Origin: Albugo candida
Taxonomy: Eukaryota
Assembly (NCBI GenBank): GCA_040437565.1
Contig: JBDOQK010000002.1
Span: forward strand, 372,001 to 436,000
Direction: 5' to 3'
DNA length: 64,000 bases
The notes under the pieces: model-generated
The model's input: only the letters and a program-made list of their open reading frames with translations
Databases searched by the model: none
What the model was told of the DNA's origin: nothing
Made by a program: the position numbers and the translations under genes
Shown: in pieces, positions 50,728 through 62,812 of the stretch
How the letters are laid out: the number at the start of each line of letters is the position of its first letter
How positions within the stretch are numbered: position 1 is the first letter of the stretch

Positions 50728-51911
50728 CTACATGTATTCGGGATCGAGGTCATCAAAGTATGGGAAGCGTAGTGCTTCCTTAGCACTGACACGCTTTGCC
50801 GGGTCGTATCGGAGTAGAGCCTGACGCACAAGCATATGTCAGATCATCACATTCTTACTTTGTCTGTAAATAAGGTCGTACCTCGAGAAGACATATACCA
50901 TCTTCATCAAGCTGAGGGAATACTTGCTGCATATCGCGTTTTTTCCATTTCGGGAAGGTCGGAGCGTAGTCTCGAAGTTTGGTCACCCCAGGCCAAACAA
51001 TCTCGTCAGGAGTTCCTAACAGCCTAAAATACATCAAAGAATTTCTATCGATACGTTTCATACCAATTTGCATTCATACCTAAAAACGCGATAAATCTGA
51101 TCGATTTCAGAGTCTCCCGGAAATAAGGGCTTCTTTGTAAGCATTTCTGCAAAAATCACTCCAACTGACCAAATATCAACGGGTGGAGCATAGATTTCTT
51201 GTCCAAGCAATATCTCTGGAGCTCTGTACCAAAGTGTCACCACTTCGTGTGTGTACTTCCTAACTGGAATACTAAAGGCCCGAGCCAGTCCGAAATCAGC
51301 AATCTTGAGCTTCCCACTTAGACTCACTAAAAGATTTTGAGGTTTCAGGTCGCTAATCAAATCGAAAAAGTCACATTTGGTATATGCCAGTTTTGTAGCA
51401 AAGAGCTTTACCGATGCATAACACCACGCGAGTGGGAGAATGCCAATCCACGAAGCAATTGGTACAAAAGCGTCTAGTTTTCGCATCTTTCAGGCACAAA
51501 ACCATCGAAAATAGCGACTATAGGAGCACCTTGACAGTGGAGGGATCCAGCATGCCGATCTTGTGCTCCATGTAGCGCTTGAGATCCTTGTCTACAAACT
51601 CAAAGACTAGAAATAGCTTTCCTTCTTCCTGCAAGCAATCCAACAGACTGAAAGGTAAAAAAGTATTAAATATGTCGTATAAGCGCTCTTTTGTTATCTG
51701 ATTTGTACCTGACAATGTTGGGATGTTCTAATTCGCGTAAGACAGAAATTTCGCGAAGAGCTGTAGATGGAATTCCATCGTCTTCAGTTTCCAGTCGAAT
51801 TCGTTTGAGTGCAACAACTTTATTGGTTTTCAGGTCTATTGATTTGTAGACTACACCGTATGTTCCCTCACCAATTGAACCGCCTTTTTCAATGCGCTGA
51901 TATCGGTTCAT
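50728..51911 (-). CDS. Cyclin-dependent kinase, CDK1/CDKA-like with PSTALRE motif
   Basis: [55 protein letters not shown] and FPGDSEIDQ. The last exon ends DDLDPEYM*. Confidence 0.95.
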
Positions 51912-52019
51912 CACAAAGTTGCACTTAATTGCGCGCGCTTATTCAAATTTGAAACTATTCTGTAGTGTAGCCTTTACTTAAAGCATTATATAAATAATAT
52001 GGCCTGCCAGTACATCATT

Positions 52020-52091
52020 GGGCGCATAGCGCAGTGGTAGCGCGTCCGCTTTGCATGCGGAAGGCCCCGGGTTCAATCCCCGGTGCGTCCA
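52020..52091 (+). tRNA. tRNA-Ala(UGC)
   Basis: Acceptor stem GGGCGCA/TGCGTCC with G3:U70, D-arm GCGC-AGTGGTA-GCGC, anticodon arm TCCGC-TTTGCAT-GCGGA and T-loop TTCAATC. A TATA-like element lies ~30 bp upstream. Confidence 0.97.
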
Positions 52092-52453
52092 ATTCTTTGT
52101 CCCTTGTTTTCAACTAAAGTAGTAGCGGAACCAATTTAGTTGAGAAAGTAGTCTCTGATTAACACGATGTTCATTATTTCATGATGAAATAAGATGCAGT
52201 GGTGATTCATTATCGTGATCAATTATGTATTTAGAATGACGCCTAGCTCGAGATCACTATGAAATTATATCGGGCGTTACTAAGTTTGGTCAGTCATAAA
52301 CAAAACTGGAAGAGGACTTTTCTTGTCTGAGATGTCTTGCTGTTTTAATCGGTGAAAGACAACTACCCGTCCCAATTAAGCGTTGATTCAAAATTAATGT
52401 TGGTCGATGCTTTCGGTCCTCCAATTGTGTGGTACGACCAAATTTGGACAATA

Positions 52454-53675
52454 ATGGTAATGGAAGCAGTATCGCTAGTGCCTGTACATGCCTAACAAAG
52501 TATTTGTAGACTCAGAAAAGTCTAATAGAAGCATTCATTGAAGCTACAAGCACAAGGTCCATTCCATCTCACTATCTTATAGAGTCTAACCGCAGTTGCT
52601 TTGATGCAGACATTCGATAGCCACTGCTTATCTGGAGCGATTTAGGTGGAATCTCGGCATTGCAGTCGACGAGTTTTTCAACAATTACAAAGGCGGATTG
52701 GATAAAATGTATGCAACCCTGTTGAGTCGAATCCTCTCAATCACTAGTGATTTATTAGTGTTCACTCACAGATCACAACGTGCAACCGTGTCGATGGATG
52801 CAATTAACAATTGGTTTGATACTTATGCAGGTTCCATAAACCATTTTATGCTCTATCGTTTTCTGATTAACGTGATTGTAGATCCTGACGAAGATGATGC
52901 TATCACTGAANNNNNNNNNNNNNNNNNNNNNNNNNNNNNNNNNNNNNNNNNNNNNNNNNNNNNNNNNNNNNNNNNNNNNNNNNNNNNNNNNNNNNNNNNN
53001 NNNNNNNNNNTCACTCACAGATCACAACGTGCAACCGTGTCGATGGATGCAATTAACAATTGGTTTGATACTTATGCAGGTTCCATAAACTGTTTTATGC
53101 TCTATCGTTTTCTGATTAACGTGATTGTAGATCCTGACGAAGATGATGCTATCACTGAAGACGGAATACTCCAATTCTGCGAGGATACTGGCATTGACCC
53201 ACAGGCCATCGATATTTTGATTATTGCATGGAAAATGGAAGCTAATTACATGTGCCGGTTTACAAGAGAAGAATGGTGCAAGGGAATGCAGGAACTCGAA
53301 TGTGACACAAACGAAAAGTTGGTATCCAAGCTCTCGGAGTTGCAAACTTACATCTCCACCAATGAAAGATTCAAGCAGCTCTACTCATTTTGCTTCAATT
53401 TTTCAAAAGAACCGGGACAAAAGAGTTTGAGTCTCGCAATCGCGATTCCAATGTGGGAAATACTCCTAAAGGATCGTTTTCCTCAAGCTGCTTCAGACTG
53501 GATTCAATTTCTGCAAGAGACAAATCCATGTAAAGGTGTTACGCGAGATACGTGGGATTTGCTTTTGGATTTTTTCATTAAAGTCAACAAATCGTATGAA
53601 ACATACGACGAGAATGAAGCTTGGCCAGTGTTGATTGATGAATTTGTCGCGTATATCAGATCCCCAAAAGTATAA
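52454..53675 (+). CDS. DCN1: DCN1-like cullin neddylation E3 (UBA-like + PONY domain)
   Basis: Small 5' exons encode a UBA-like YLERFRWNLGIAVDEFF. Then come IAWKMEA, FTREEW, GQKSL, RDTWDLLLDF and the YDENEAWPVLIDEFV DAD patch. Confidence 0.92.
52762..53159. repeat. 149-bp direct duplication across N gap (52762-52910 vs 53011-53159) with a 2-nt difference
   Basis: Offset is 249. The copies read ataaacCAtttt vs ataaacTGtttt within an intron. Confidence 0.88.
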
Positions 53676-53759
53676 ATAGTGCAATACATATGAAATTGCA
53701 AAGTTGCGTGTAGTATATTGTGATTGGCTAAAATAAGATACATTGAAGTTGAAGTTGCG

Positions 53760-56700
53760 ATGGCGCGCGCACGAATGCAAAGAGTGCGACTTCAGTATGT
53801 CATTTCCTCTGTTTTTGAGATAGAGCCACTATGCGGAGAGTTATGATATCATTAGTTCCTTCAAGATGTTTTCGGGCATTCACGAGATAGATCTATGTGA
53901 TCGCGAGTTCGTTTGGTACGTTAGTAAATAGGATTACATGCGTTCCGATATTGCTTCAGGTACAGCAAACTCAGATTCATTGATGAAGCTGTGTTGGAAG
54001 AAATGGAGCGGGAAAATCGTGCATTGTTGATGCAATTGAGTTTTGTTTTGGAGCTACCGTTCATCAACTTCGTGTGAAAAGAAAGTTTGGCAGCTTGATA
54101 CCTGGACATGTTTTACAGAAGACTAAGTCGTCAATGCGTAGAGCTAACTGATTTGATCAATGATTATGACAAAGCACATTATGGTCAGAGTAATGTATCT
54201 GTTGGTGTATGTATAAGTGCACCCAGAGAAGACAATGAAGTATGGAAATGCATATGGATCCAGAGAGAGACTCAGTCTGAGCCACCTGCATCCACACATT
54301 CGATTTATTATGGATCTGAGCCAAAGGTTTGATCGAATTTAGAGACGATCTGATTTCTATATTTTATTCTGGTATGCTGCAAGATGGCAACGGACTGGAC
54401 GGCCATAGATAAAACAGACATGTGGAAGACTCTTTCATCGTATGGAATTGACCTACATGCACGAGAGCGATTCATCATACGACAACTGTATTCTTTGTAT
54501 TGTTTCATTTCATGGCGAACGAGTCTCAAAAAAAATGAATATTTCTAGAAAGACAGCAACACTTGCTCAGACTGATGCGAATACATTGTTGGACTTTTGT
54601 ACGTATACATTAAGCTGATGCATCATCGATCGGGGTTACAATAAGCACTGTACAGGTGAAAGAGTGGTGTACGTGAATCGCTTTTTAGATGAAGATTTTT
54701 CATTAGTGGTGTTGATGTCAGCGGTACACACGAGCTGAAAGGGCAGGTACGATTAATCTGGCATTGTGCTCTTATCTTTTTCCTAACAACATACCATGTT
54801 CAGGCTGAAGCACTCGAAGAGGAAATTCAAGCCTTCCAGACACAAATTCTTCAAATTCGCAGTGAGGAACAACTACAGAGTCAAATTCTGCACAAACATC
54901 AGCCAATGGTACGGGCAAAGATTTTTGTCGACATATTTCATTATAAGCTGATGCTTCACTATACTTGAATCGCAGCTTTCCTGTTTTGAAAGATGGAGAA
55001 AAGATATGGAGGCTTATGAGATTGCAAAGAGAAACACTGATGAAAAATTCGCTGAAACGATTGTCTCCTTGCACAGCGTATTCACTCGACAAAAGGAAGA
55101 ACTCGCCAGCGAAAAAAAGCATGTAGAAATTACAATTGTGGAAATACGGCACAAGGAAGAAGAATTGAGAAAGAAAGTAGCCGCTTTAGACAAAAGATAT
55201 ACAGAGTCAGAAAGCCAACTTGACGTTCGAAAAAGAAATGCTCGATTTAAAAGCATTGAAAAGGCAAAGGTTTTATCTGAGATTGAAGCACTGAGATCAG
55301 AAAAGCACCACATAGTTAAAACTCGAGGGAAAATGAAGAAAAGATTGTCACTTCTGATGAGAGAGAGGAAGAAGCAACAGGAGTTGTTACGTGTTCGTGA
55401 GGACGCATTGAACAAAGACAAGGAGCTTCTCAACGAATTTCTTACGTCTTGCCAGTTGGGTGGAGAGTACATACAAATCACTGAGCAAAAGAAGCTGCAA
55501 GAATACGTTGATAATGAGATGATGACACGCACAAGAATAAAAGAAGCAGTTGATCAACAGGTAATGATATACGCCATTCCAAGCAAGTGCTTGATTTCCT
55601 TTATGATCGCAGAGGACATGGATAATTGAAATTGAAAAACAAAAAAAGAAGGTGGGTCATCTGCGCGTAAAAGCAGAAAAGCAACAGCAGAGATCTCAAA
55701 AATTACGAAAAGAAAGCGATTACTCAGGAATGAAACTTGCTTTTTTGGAGTCCAAAGCCTTGGAAATTCAAAAGAAACAAGCGAATATCATGGATTGCTT
55801 GTCGCGCTTGCAACAACAGTACAACGTCGAGAGGGCTGTGCTAGAGAACAGGGCTCTCAATACCTTGAGTACCAGCATAGAGAAACTCAGGACAACATTC
55901 GGGTCCGATCGTGTGTACGGATCATTTCATTCGCTAGCTTTTGTTCATCCAAAATTTAGTGCGGCAGTCAACTCTGTGCTTTATCCGTACATGAATCATG
56001 TTTTGGTAAATAGTCGGGACACCGCAGTAACACTGGTGACAGTATTTACAAAGAAAAAACTCGGCAATATCACGTGCTGTATTTTGGATGAGATCACTGA
56101 CAGGTATAAACAAGAGCAAGAGACAGGTCGTCTAACGAATTTCGATGCTGAAAGCCACGGTGTGGCTATGTTATCAGCGGCTATTGTATGCAAAGATGCA
56201 AGATTCGTCCCATTATATGAGCGATATTGTTTGCCGTGGCTTGTTTGTGATAAATCTGAAGTCGCTATGGACATCAGTGGAGAATACAATCGCAATTGTG
56301 TTACATATGATGGAGATCTCTTCTTTGCAGATGGAACTATCAGAACATTTGCAAAGCACAAATTAGAAGAGTCCATGCCTCACATTCGACCTATTCACAC
56401 CGTTCCTTCCGGTGCCGGATACGCTGATTCTTCACGGGATGGAGCAGCACGTGGGTCAAGTGATACAATCAAATATATCACTAGGTCAATTAGCGAGAAG
56501 AACGATCATCTTTCTCAATTAGAAGAGAACATGACAGCGGTTTGTTCTTCTTCTACGTTACCTGAACGTTTCCTACTCGATGTGATGTATAGGTCATAAA
56601 GGCATTGTTTAATGAGAGAAGTTTCGCGGCGATGGCGGTGGTAAGTCAGCAAAGAGGTCGATCATTATCTTCAGCTGTAACGATATTTGAATATAGGAAG

Positions 56701-58350
56701 CACTTGTAGTGAATCTTGATTTGGAAAGAATTAGTGACGCGTCAATTGGAGGAGCGAAAGAAATGCTAAAGCTTGGAGAACATAAACAGCGTTATTTTGA
56801 TCAAGTCGTGAACAGGTTGAAGCAACAATTAACAAAGAGTCCAATGAATGAAAAGGAAATCGAGATTCTGAAGAAGGTGAGCACACTTTGCGAGACGATC
56901 AGAGGATCGGAGATGCAACTCAAAGAGGCTGCAAGAAATATCAATAAGAGCAACCTCGGGATTGATTTGAACGAGAGAAAAATGGTGAGGAGCTTTTATC
57001 GCTCACTTTCTTGTGAAATTCTTACAGTTTGAAAACAAAGACGATTCTGGAGCGAGAATTGGAAGAAAGTGACCAATTTCTCTTACTCCGGGAGTCAAAT
57101 GTGCAGAAATTCGATTGTGAATTAGACAAAAAGGCTATCGACGAAATGTCTTCTGAGCTACAAACTCTTTCCGTAATCAAAGAACGCGTTCATTTGGATT
57201 TGAAGAAAGTGACGATGGAAAGAGCACAGAACGAAATTAAAAGGACTGAGATAGGGAATTCATTCGAAAAACTTACGGACAAACTGGAAGATTTGAAGAC
57301 AGAGCTTGATGATTCGATGCACACGGGCTTACAAGATAGATTGAGCCAGCTTCCGTCCGCCTCTGAAAAAGAGCTCACAAAGAGAAGACTTAAATTAAAA
57401 GGAAGACTGCATCAGCTACAAGAAGATTCTGAGTGCGTCATTTTTGATGGCGAAAGCTGATTTATCTTCAACTCCTTGCTATAGTGTCCTAAATGTTCAA
57501 AAGGAAAAGATATCGCTGTCAGCATTACAGGAGGCGAAAGAAGCGAAAGAAAGCATCGACACTCTTCAACTAAAACTGAAGGAAAAAACTGAACAGCTTG
57601 AGCAATCAATGCACACAAAAAGTGATCTGATGCAGCAGAGGTATACGAAATCACGACTCAAAAATGAGTATTCTTGAAGCATACATTGTAGATTTATCAA
57701 ACTCTCGAATGCACTTACAACAGTGAGCTCCAATCTATGCGAAATTTACAGGATTCTTCAGGAGGTGAGGTTAAACCTGGTCAACCTTCTTGTTCACAAC
57801 TTGTTGCAGGATGGTGATGCTTACTTGAGCTATTCAAAAGAGAAGACGACGCTGTTCAAAAATGGGATCACTCTCAATTGCAAACCAGACGAAAATCAAT
57901 GGCAAACGGTAAACACTTCAACTCAGCTATACACAATCAAGTCTGACGCTTTGACAGTTTGTTGGCCTTTCAGGCGGGCAACAAGTTTTATGCACAATCT
58001 CGGTAAACGCACGTGTTACACACTTGACAGCTGCACTACTGACGTGTCCATCTTCCAAATAGCTCATTTTGGCATTTCAAATGACGTTTCCTTGTCCAAT
58101 TTACATTTGTGATGGTACATTACTTCCAAATTTTTACATGTGAGAGTAACCAATTTTTCTAGAGATGGACGCAGCGCTGGATACATACAATGTCCATAAA
58201 GTTGCTCGGCTCTTGCACAAGCAGAGCAAAGATTCTGCAACACAATTTATCATCGTATCGCATCGACCGGAAATGTGGAAGGAGTGCGAGTATTTTGTTG
58301 GAGTCTATAAGCGCGAACACTCTGCCGAGATCATTCATTACGAGTGCTAG
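53760..58350 (+). CDS. Divergent SMC-family ATPase (many exons)
   Basis: RVRLH|SFKMFSG, Walker A GRNGAGKS (53996-54019), coiled coils, hinge (VYGSF...GNITCCILD...CVTYDGDLFFADG), signature LSGGQ (57967-57981), Walker B/D-loop IYICD|EMDAALD and QFIIVSHR. Confidence 0.88.
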
Positions 58351-58455
58351 TGACGAATTGCTTTGCCTCAATTTGCAACACTTTACATGAGAACGACACT
58401 GCAATTTCAATTTTATCTAAATACATGGTAACAAATTAGCTAACACAAAAAGACA

Positions 58456-61400
58456 CTAGAATTCGACTTCCATCACGGTTGAAGCAGGCGTATGAGAGAA
58501 ATCGGTCGCCACAAGCGCCGCTTTTCTTGCATGCGGAGTTGTATTCCAATCGGCTGAATTTCGAATGACTCCTTTGTCTGCATTTGACATTTTCTTCACC
58601 CGAGAGGCGGATTGAATGAACGGACGACTCAGGGTCACCTCTACTCTTCCAAAAGACTCGACCATCTCAACCTCAAGTCGATGAAGTCCAGATTGAGTAC
58701 CGATTGGCCGCATGTCAGAATCTGGACACGGATGAAGAGATTGACGTGAGAGACTACCTTGCTCTAGGAAAGAGCAGAGCGGGGTTCCAGCTATGGATGA
58801 CTCTCGAGGAATGTTGGGATCGTTGCTCAGCGCTTCGTATGGATCTGCATTTTCGGAGGAGGAGGACACAGAATGAGGAGAAGATGTGGTCTCCTCGGCT
58901 AGCATTTCCTCCATGGAGAAGGGCATGTCACTCTTTGATGACACTCTTCTTGTTGCTTCTTTAGTCGGCTGAATGCTTCGCACGGTTTTCTCGGGTACTT
59001 CGGACGAATCGAAAGAGTTGTTCTCCTCAATCAATTCCAAAGACTTGAAATCCGGTCGTAACTCATCCACCAAGTCGTCCACTTCAACCAAAGCGTCTGG
59101 ATTTTCACAATAATACGTAAAGTCTTTAAAAGTTGGATCTTGTGCTGGTGGAATTGGACTTTTCCGAGTGTTCCGGATGGATACAAGTCCCATGAAAAAA
59201 CCACTTTTGAGCTTGGATGATTTTACTGTTGGCGAGAGAACTTCTCTTTTGGCATCGAGCTCGGTAAATTCATTGTCAACATAACGCACGTCCAAAGGTG
59301 AGGACTATAACTCAGTGATCAGTAATGCCAAACACGGACAATGCAATTTCACCCACCAGATGCGGTCTCCAGGGAGGAATGATTCTTTTCTGCACAAGGA
59401 GATCCCAGTCGATGGTCATGAAGTATGGATGCTTTAATATGTCACTTATTTGCGTCCCCAAACGCTTCAATGGATCTTTTTGTAACAACTACGATGACAA
59501 TACATTGTCAACTCCTTCCTTGAAAACAGACTTCATCGAGGACACTTACCCCTGACAGGATGCCTTTGAGTTCAGGTGCTAAAACCGGCTTTGATGGAAA
59601 TACCAATGGCTCATACTGGATTTTCTTGTACATTTTGTCAACATTATTGTCGTAAAATGGAGACGTTCCCACACTCATCTCATACAAGAGAATGCCCAAA
59701 CTCCACCAATCTGCCGCCTTTCCGTACGAGCGCCGAGATTTTGGAAGCAATAGCTCTGGTGCAGTATATTGGGGAGATCCCGCCATCGTTTTTGCGCCTT
59801 TATACTCCGATACATGCAACTTGGCAAGCCCAAAGTCCACGAGAGCAATGTGCCCTTCACCATCAATCATCACATTCTCTGGCTTTATATCCCTGCATAA
59901 GGCATGTAAGAAGCGAAGAACGGAAAGATAAACAAGCAATACATTCGATCACACCTGTACAGGATATTGTGCTTGTGCAAATGATGAATCCCAAGAACTA
60001 ACTCGGCGGCATAAAAGTGAGCCCGCTCTGATGGAATTCGACAATTGTTTCCTTTGCTCATATGATGGAAAAGATCACCGCCACCGTAATAATTCATCCC
60101 GAGGAACAATTTTGTACGGCTTTGGAACGCGATTCGTAAACCGGCAATAAAAGGATGATGGATATTTTGTGCCACCCGCATCTCTGTGAACGAACTTTCG
60201 ATATCGTATTTGGTCATTTTGCTTTTTTCAAGAATTTTGATCGCATAGATCTGTCCATCACTCTTCTTGACAGCGTTCACGACCTGAGAAATAATCATGA
60301 GAATACTCGAATATGCATGGCTCTCGAAACTTACCGTGCCAAAACCTCCTTTGCCAATAACATTATACACATTAAAGTCTTTCAGTGAAATGCTCAGTGC
60401 TCGATTCGATCGAATGGCTGCCGATGACATCTCGGGGTATGGATTTTTCCAGTTGAAGTTATTCCAATCTCTTTCCCCTTCGACTTCGATCTTTAGACGG
60501 AATATGCGCCCATATGGTCCGTATCGAATGCGATGAGTCCAATTCTGTCGAATTATTTCACCGCTCATTCGACATCGCAATTGTTCTTGGCCTTTAAATG
60601 TGAACGAAGTGCCATGATCATCCATCCTAGACGTCACGACGTTCGTTTCCAAGACTTCAAAATTCGTTGTGATTATGCTAAAGAACTGCAAAAGGCCTTC
60701 ACGACCAAAAAAATCACCATGTTGTGGCGTGACTTCCGAGTATGAAGATGAAAACACCAAATCTACAATATTCATCAAGTTTCAGCTCTTGCGTGAGCTA
60801 TCGCTTTGTTCCATTACCTTTATTAAAGTATGCCATGAAATCCGGCAGTAAAGCATATTCTCCTTGGAGAATTCGCCGAATCATATCATATGCAACCCTT
60901 GTCTCGCGATTGGGCCGCATATCGTGGCGACACACAGAAGACACAGAGATTTGATCGTTAAGCTTCATATTTGCACAGCCGATGCCTGCCTACTCCATAA
61001 AGATCAGATCCAGGCAACATGTGATGATAATATAATGCTAACCTCCAGAAAATAAACCCACAAAACTTGTTCTAATGGAGTTGATACAGAGCAATGGAAA
61101 ATTTTCCCTTCCGTCGTTGAAAATGTAAACTCATAGCCACTTCCCCATTTCGATACTTGATCGATCCGAACAGATGCCACTTTAACTCGTCCTTTCAAAT
61201 GTGCACGCTGCTGTGCGTCTACTTTACTTTCGTAATCTATCGGAATTCACATTCAAATTTCTCGTTCATCGTGCCCACGAGATAACGTACATGATAGCCG
61301 ATTCCCTTCCAGAGTGAAGAAGCGCATTTTCCAATTCCGCACCAGATGTCCTCTCTTAGTAACATATCCTTCCCACTCAACCACTGGAATATCAAGCGAT

Positions 61401-61789
61401 TCGAGCATCTGATCATCGCCACTCAATAACGCGTTCATTGTGTTCGTAGAGCTATTATGAGCTATTTCAACACTGGAAGGATCCATCCCATTTGATTGTG
61501 GTGTCGCAATTGAACTTTTCCCTTTCGGCTGAAAAAGCGATCGATCCCATAGATTTCCTATTCCGCTGTGTGCAAATTGATTGCCATTGTTACTATCATT
61601 CGTACAACTCCGATCTTGATTTGCAAAATGGGAACGATGGGGATCAGTTGCCATCGATTGACCATATTTGGAACCATGCAAAGCCTGGTTCCGCGAACGA
61701 AGTAATTTCGACTTGGAAGTATTCAACGCGCCGACTGCCGACGATCCCAAGAAGCGTCCATCCTCAATCTGACTGAGATCCGCGCCCAT
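58456..61789 (-). CDS. AGC kinase (Akt/SGK-like) with myristoylation-like N-terminus, PH domain and inserted SnoaL/NTF2-like domain
   Basis: MGADLS start and PH motif WEGYVTKRGHLVRNWKMRFF. Kinase motifs IGKGGFG, YAIK, RDIKPEN, DFGLAK, GSPQYTAPE and DWWSLG. Hydrophobic motif FKDFTY. Confidence 0.9.
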
Positions 61790-62259
61790 TTTGTGTCACA
61801 CAAACTCCGCCAATGCCAAAGCCACCGTATTGATCTTATAATAGAAAATGAGAATTTCAATAAAATCAGAAAGAGAGTAACTTCATACAAATGTCCAAAG
61901 CACTTGCACTTTGACACCTTTGTGGAAACTAAATGGCACCTGTACGTGTTTTCGTAACGTTTATTCCGTAAAAGACGCTTTGGTTGACGTGACAGACCCT
62001 TAAACACGAAAATCTGACTTGATTCGGTGTCAAATCAGCTGCAGGAACAACTAGTCGACAGCCAAAAGCAGATGGAAGACTAGCTCTGACTTGCTCTTTG
62101 AAAGACGATTCTCCTGTGATCACTTCCGATTGGACAAAATGAAACTGATATCTGATGTACACAGAGAGCATCATTTTTTATTACAGTCTTTTCGCCAGAT
62201 GCCTACCGTACCTTTTTGATGTATTTAAGTAATTTCTCATATTTTAAGATTCCACAACT

Positions 62260-62583
62260 ATGAATTCGGCTCGAGAAAAAGTCGCATTCGCCGTACTGTG
62301 TGGGATGACAGGAGTGTCGGTGACAACGGTTTCTGTTCTGGCGTATTTCCGTATCCAGAGCCCCAAGGAATTTGTAGACACATCGATGAAAGCATCGCGT
62401 TTAGATTTGAAAGATGAAGCGTCCAGAAAATGGGGAATTTATGGTACAGGTCTCTCGGAACTCATCCCACAAAAATGGATCGATTTTTTTGTTCCTCCGA
62501 ATGCAGCAGAACAAGTTTATGCGCAGCGAAATGCCCGAGTCGCACAGATTCGAAGAGCATTGGAAGAGATGCGCCCTCGATAA
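62260..62583 (+). CDS. Small single-pass membrane hypothetical protein (107 aa)
   Basis: ATG-to-stop ORF with an N-terminal hydrophobic helix, filling a gene-sized gap. No family recognised. Confidence 0.55.
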   Translation: MNSAREKVAFAVLCGMTGVSVTTVSVLAYFRIQSPKEFVDTSMKASRLDLKDEASRKWGIYGTGLSELIPQKWIDFFVPPNAAEQVYAQRNARVAQIRRALEEMRPR

Positions 62584-62812
62584 AACCCTAAATAAAAGTA
62601 GTATAAACGAATTGTTTTTGCTTTACAACCAAATTATCCGTAACTGCATATGTAGCCAAATAGGAGTCAAAAACTACTTATCTAGTGTAGCCTTCACTTC
62701 GACATCAAGCTGTTAAGTGTTAGAAAGCGGCATGACGGACATTCGATGCCAGTCAAAGGTATGCATTTCTTGTTGATTTCCATGGCTGCTTTGCGTAGTT
62801 GAGGAACTATGT

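Noticed and set aside
44814..58350. Functional cell-division cluster (Sfi1-like, CDK, DCN1, SMC)
   Set aside because: Orientations are mixed and nothing beyond adjacency supports it. Such neighbours are expected by chance in a dense genome.
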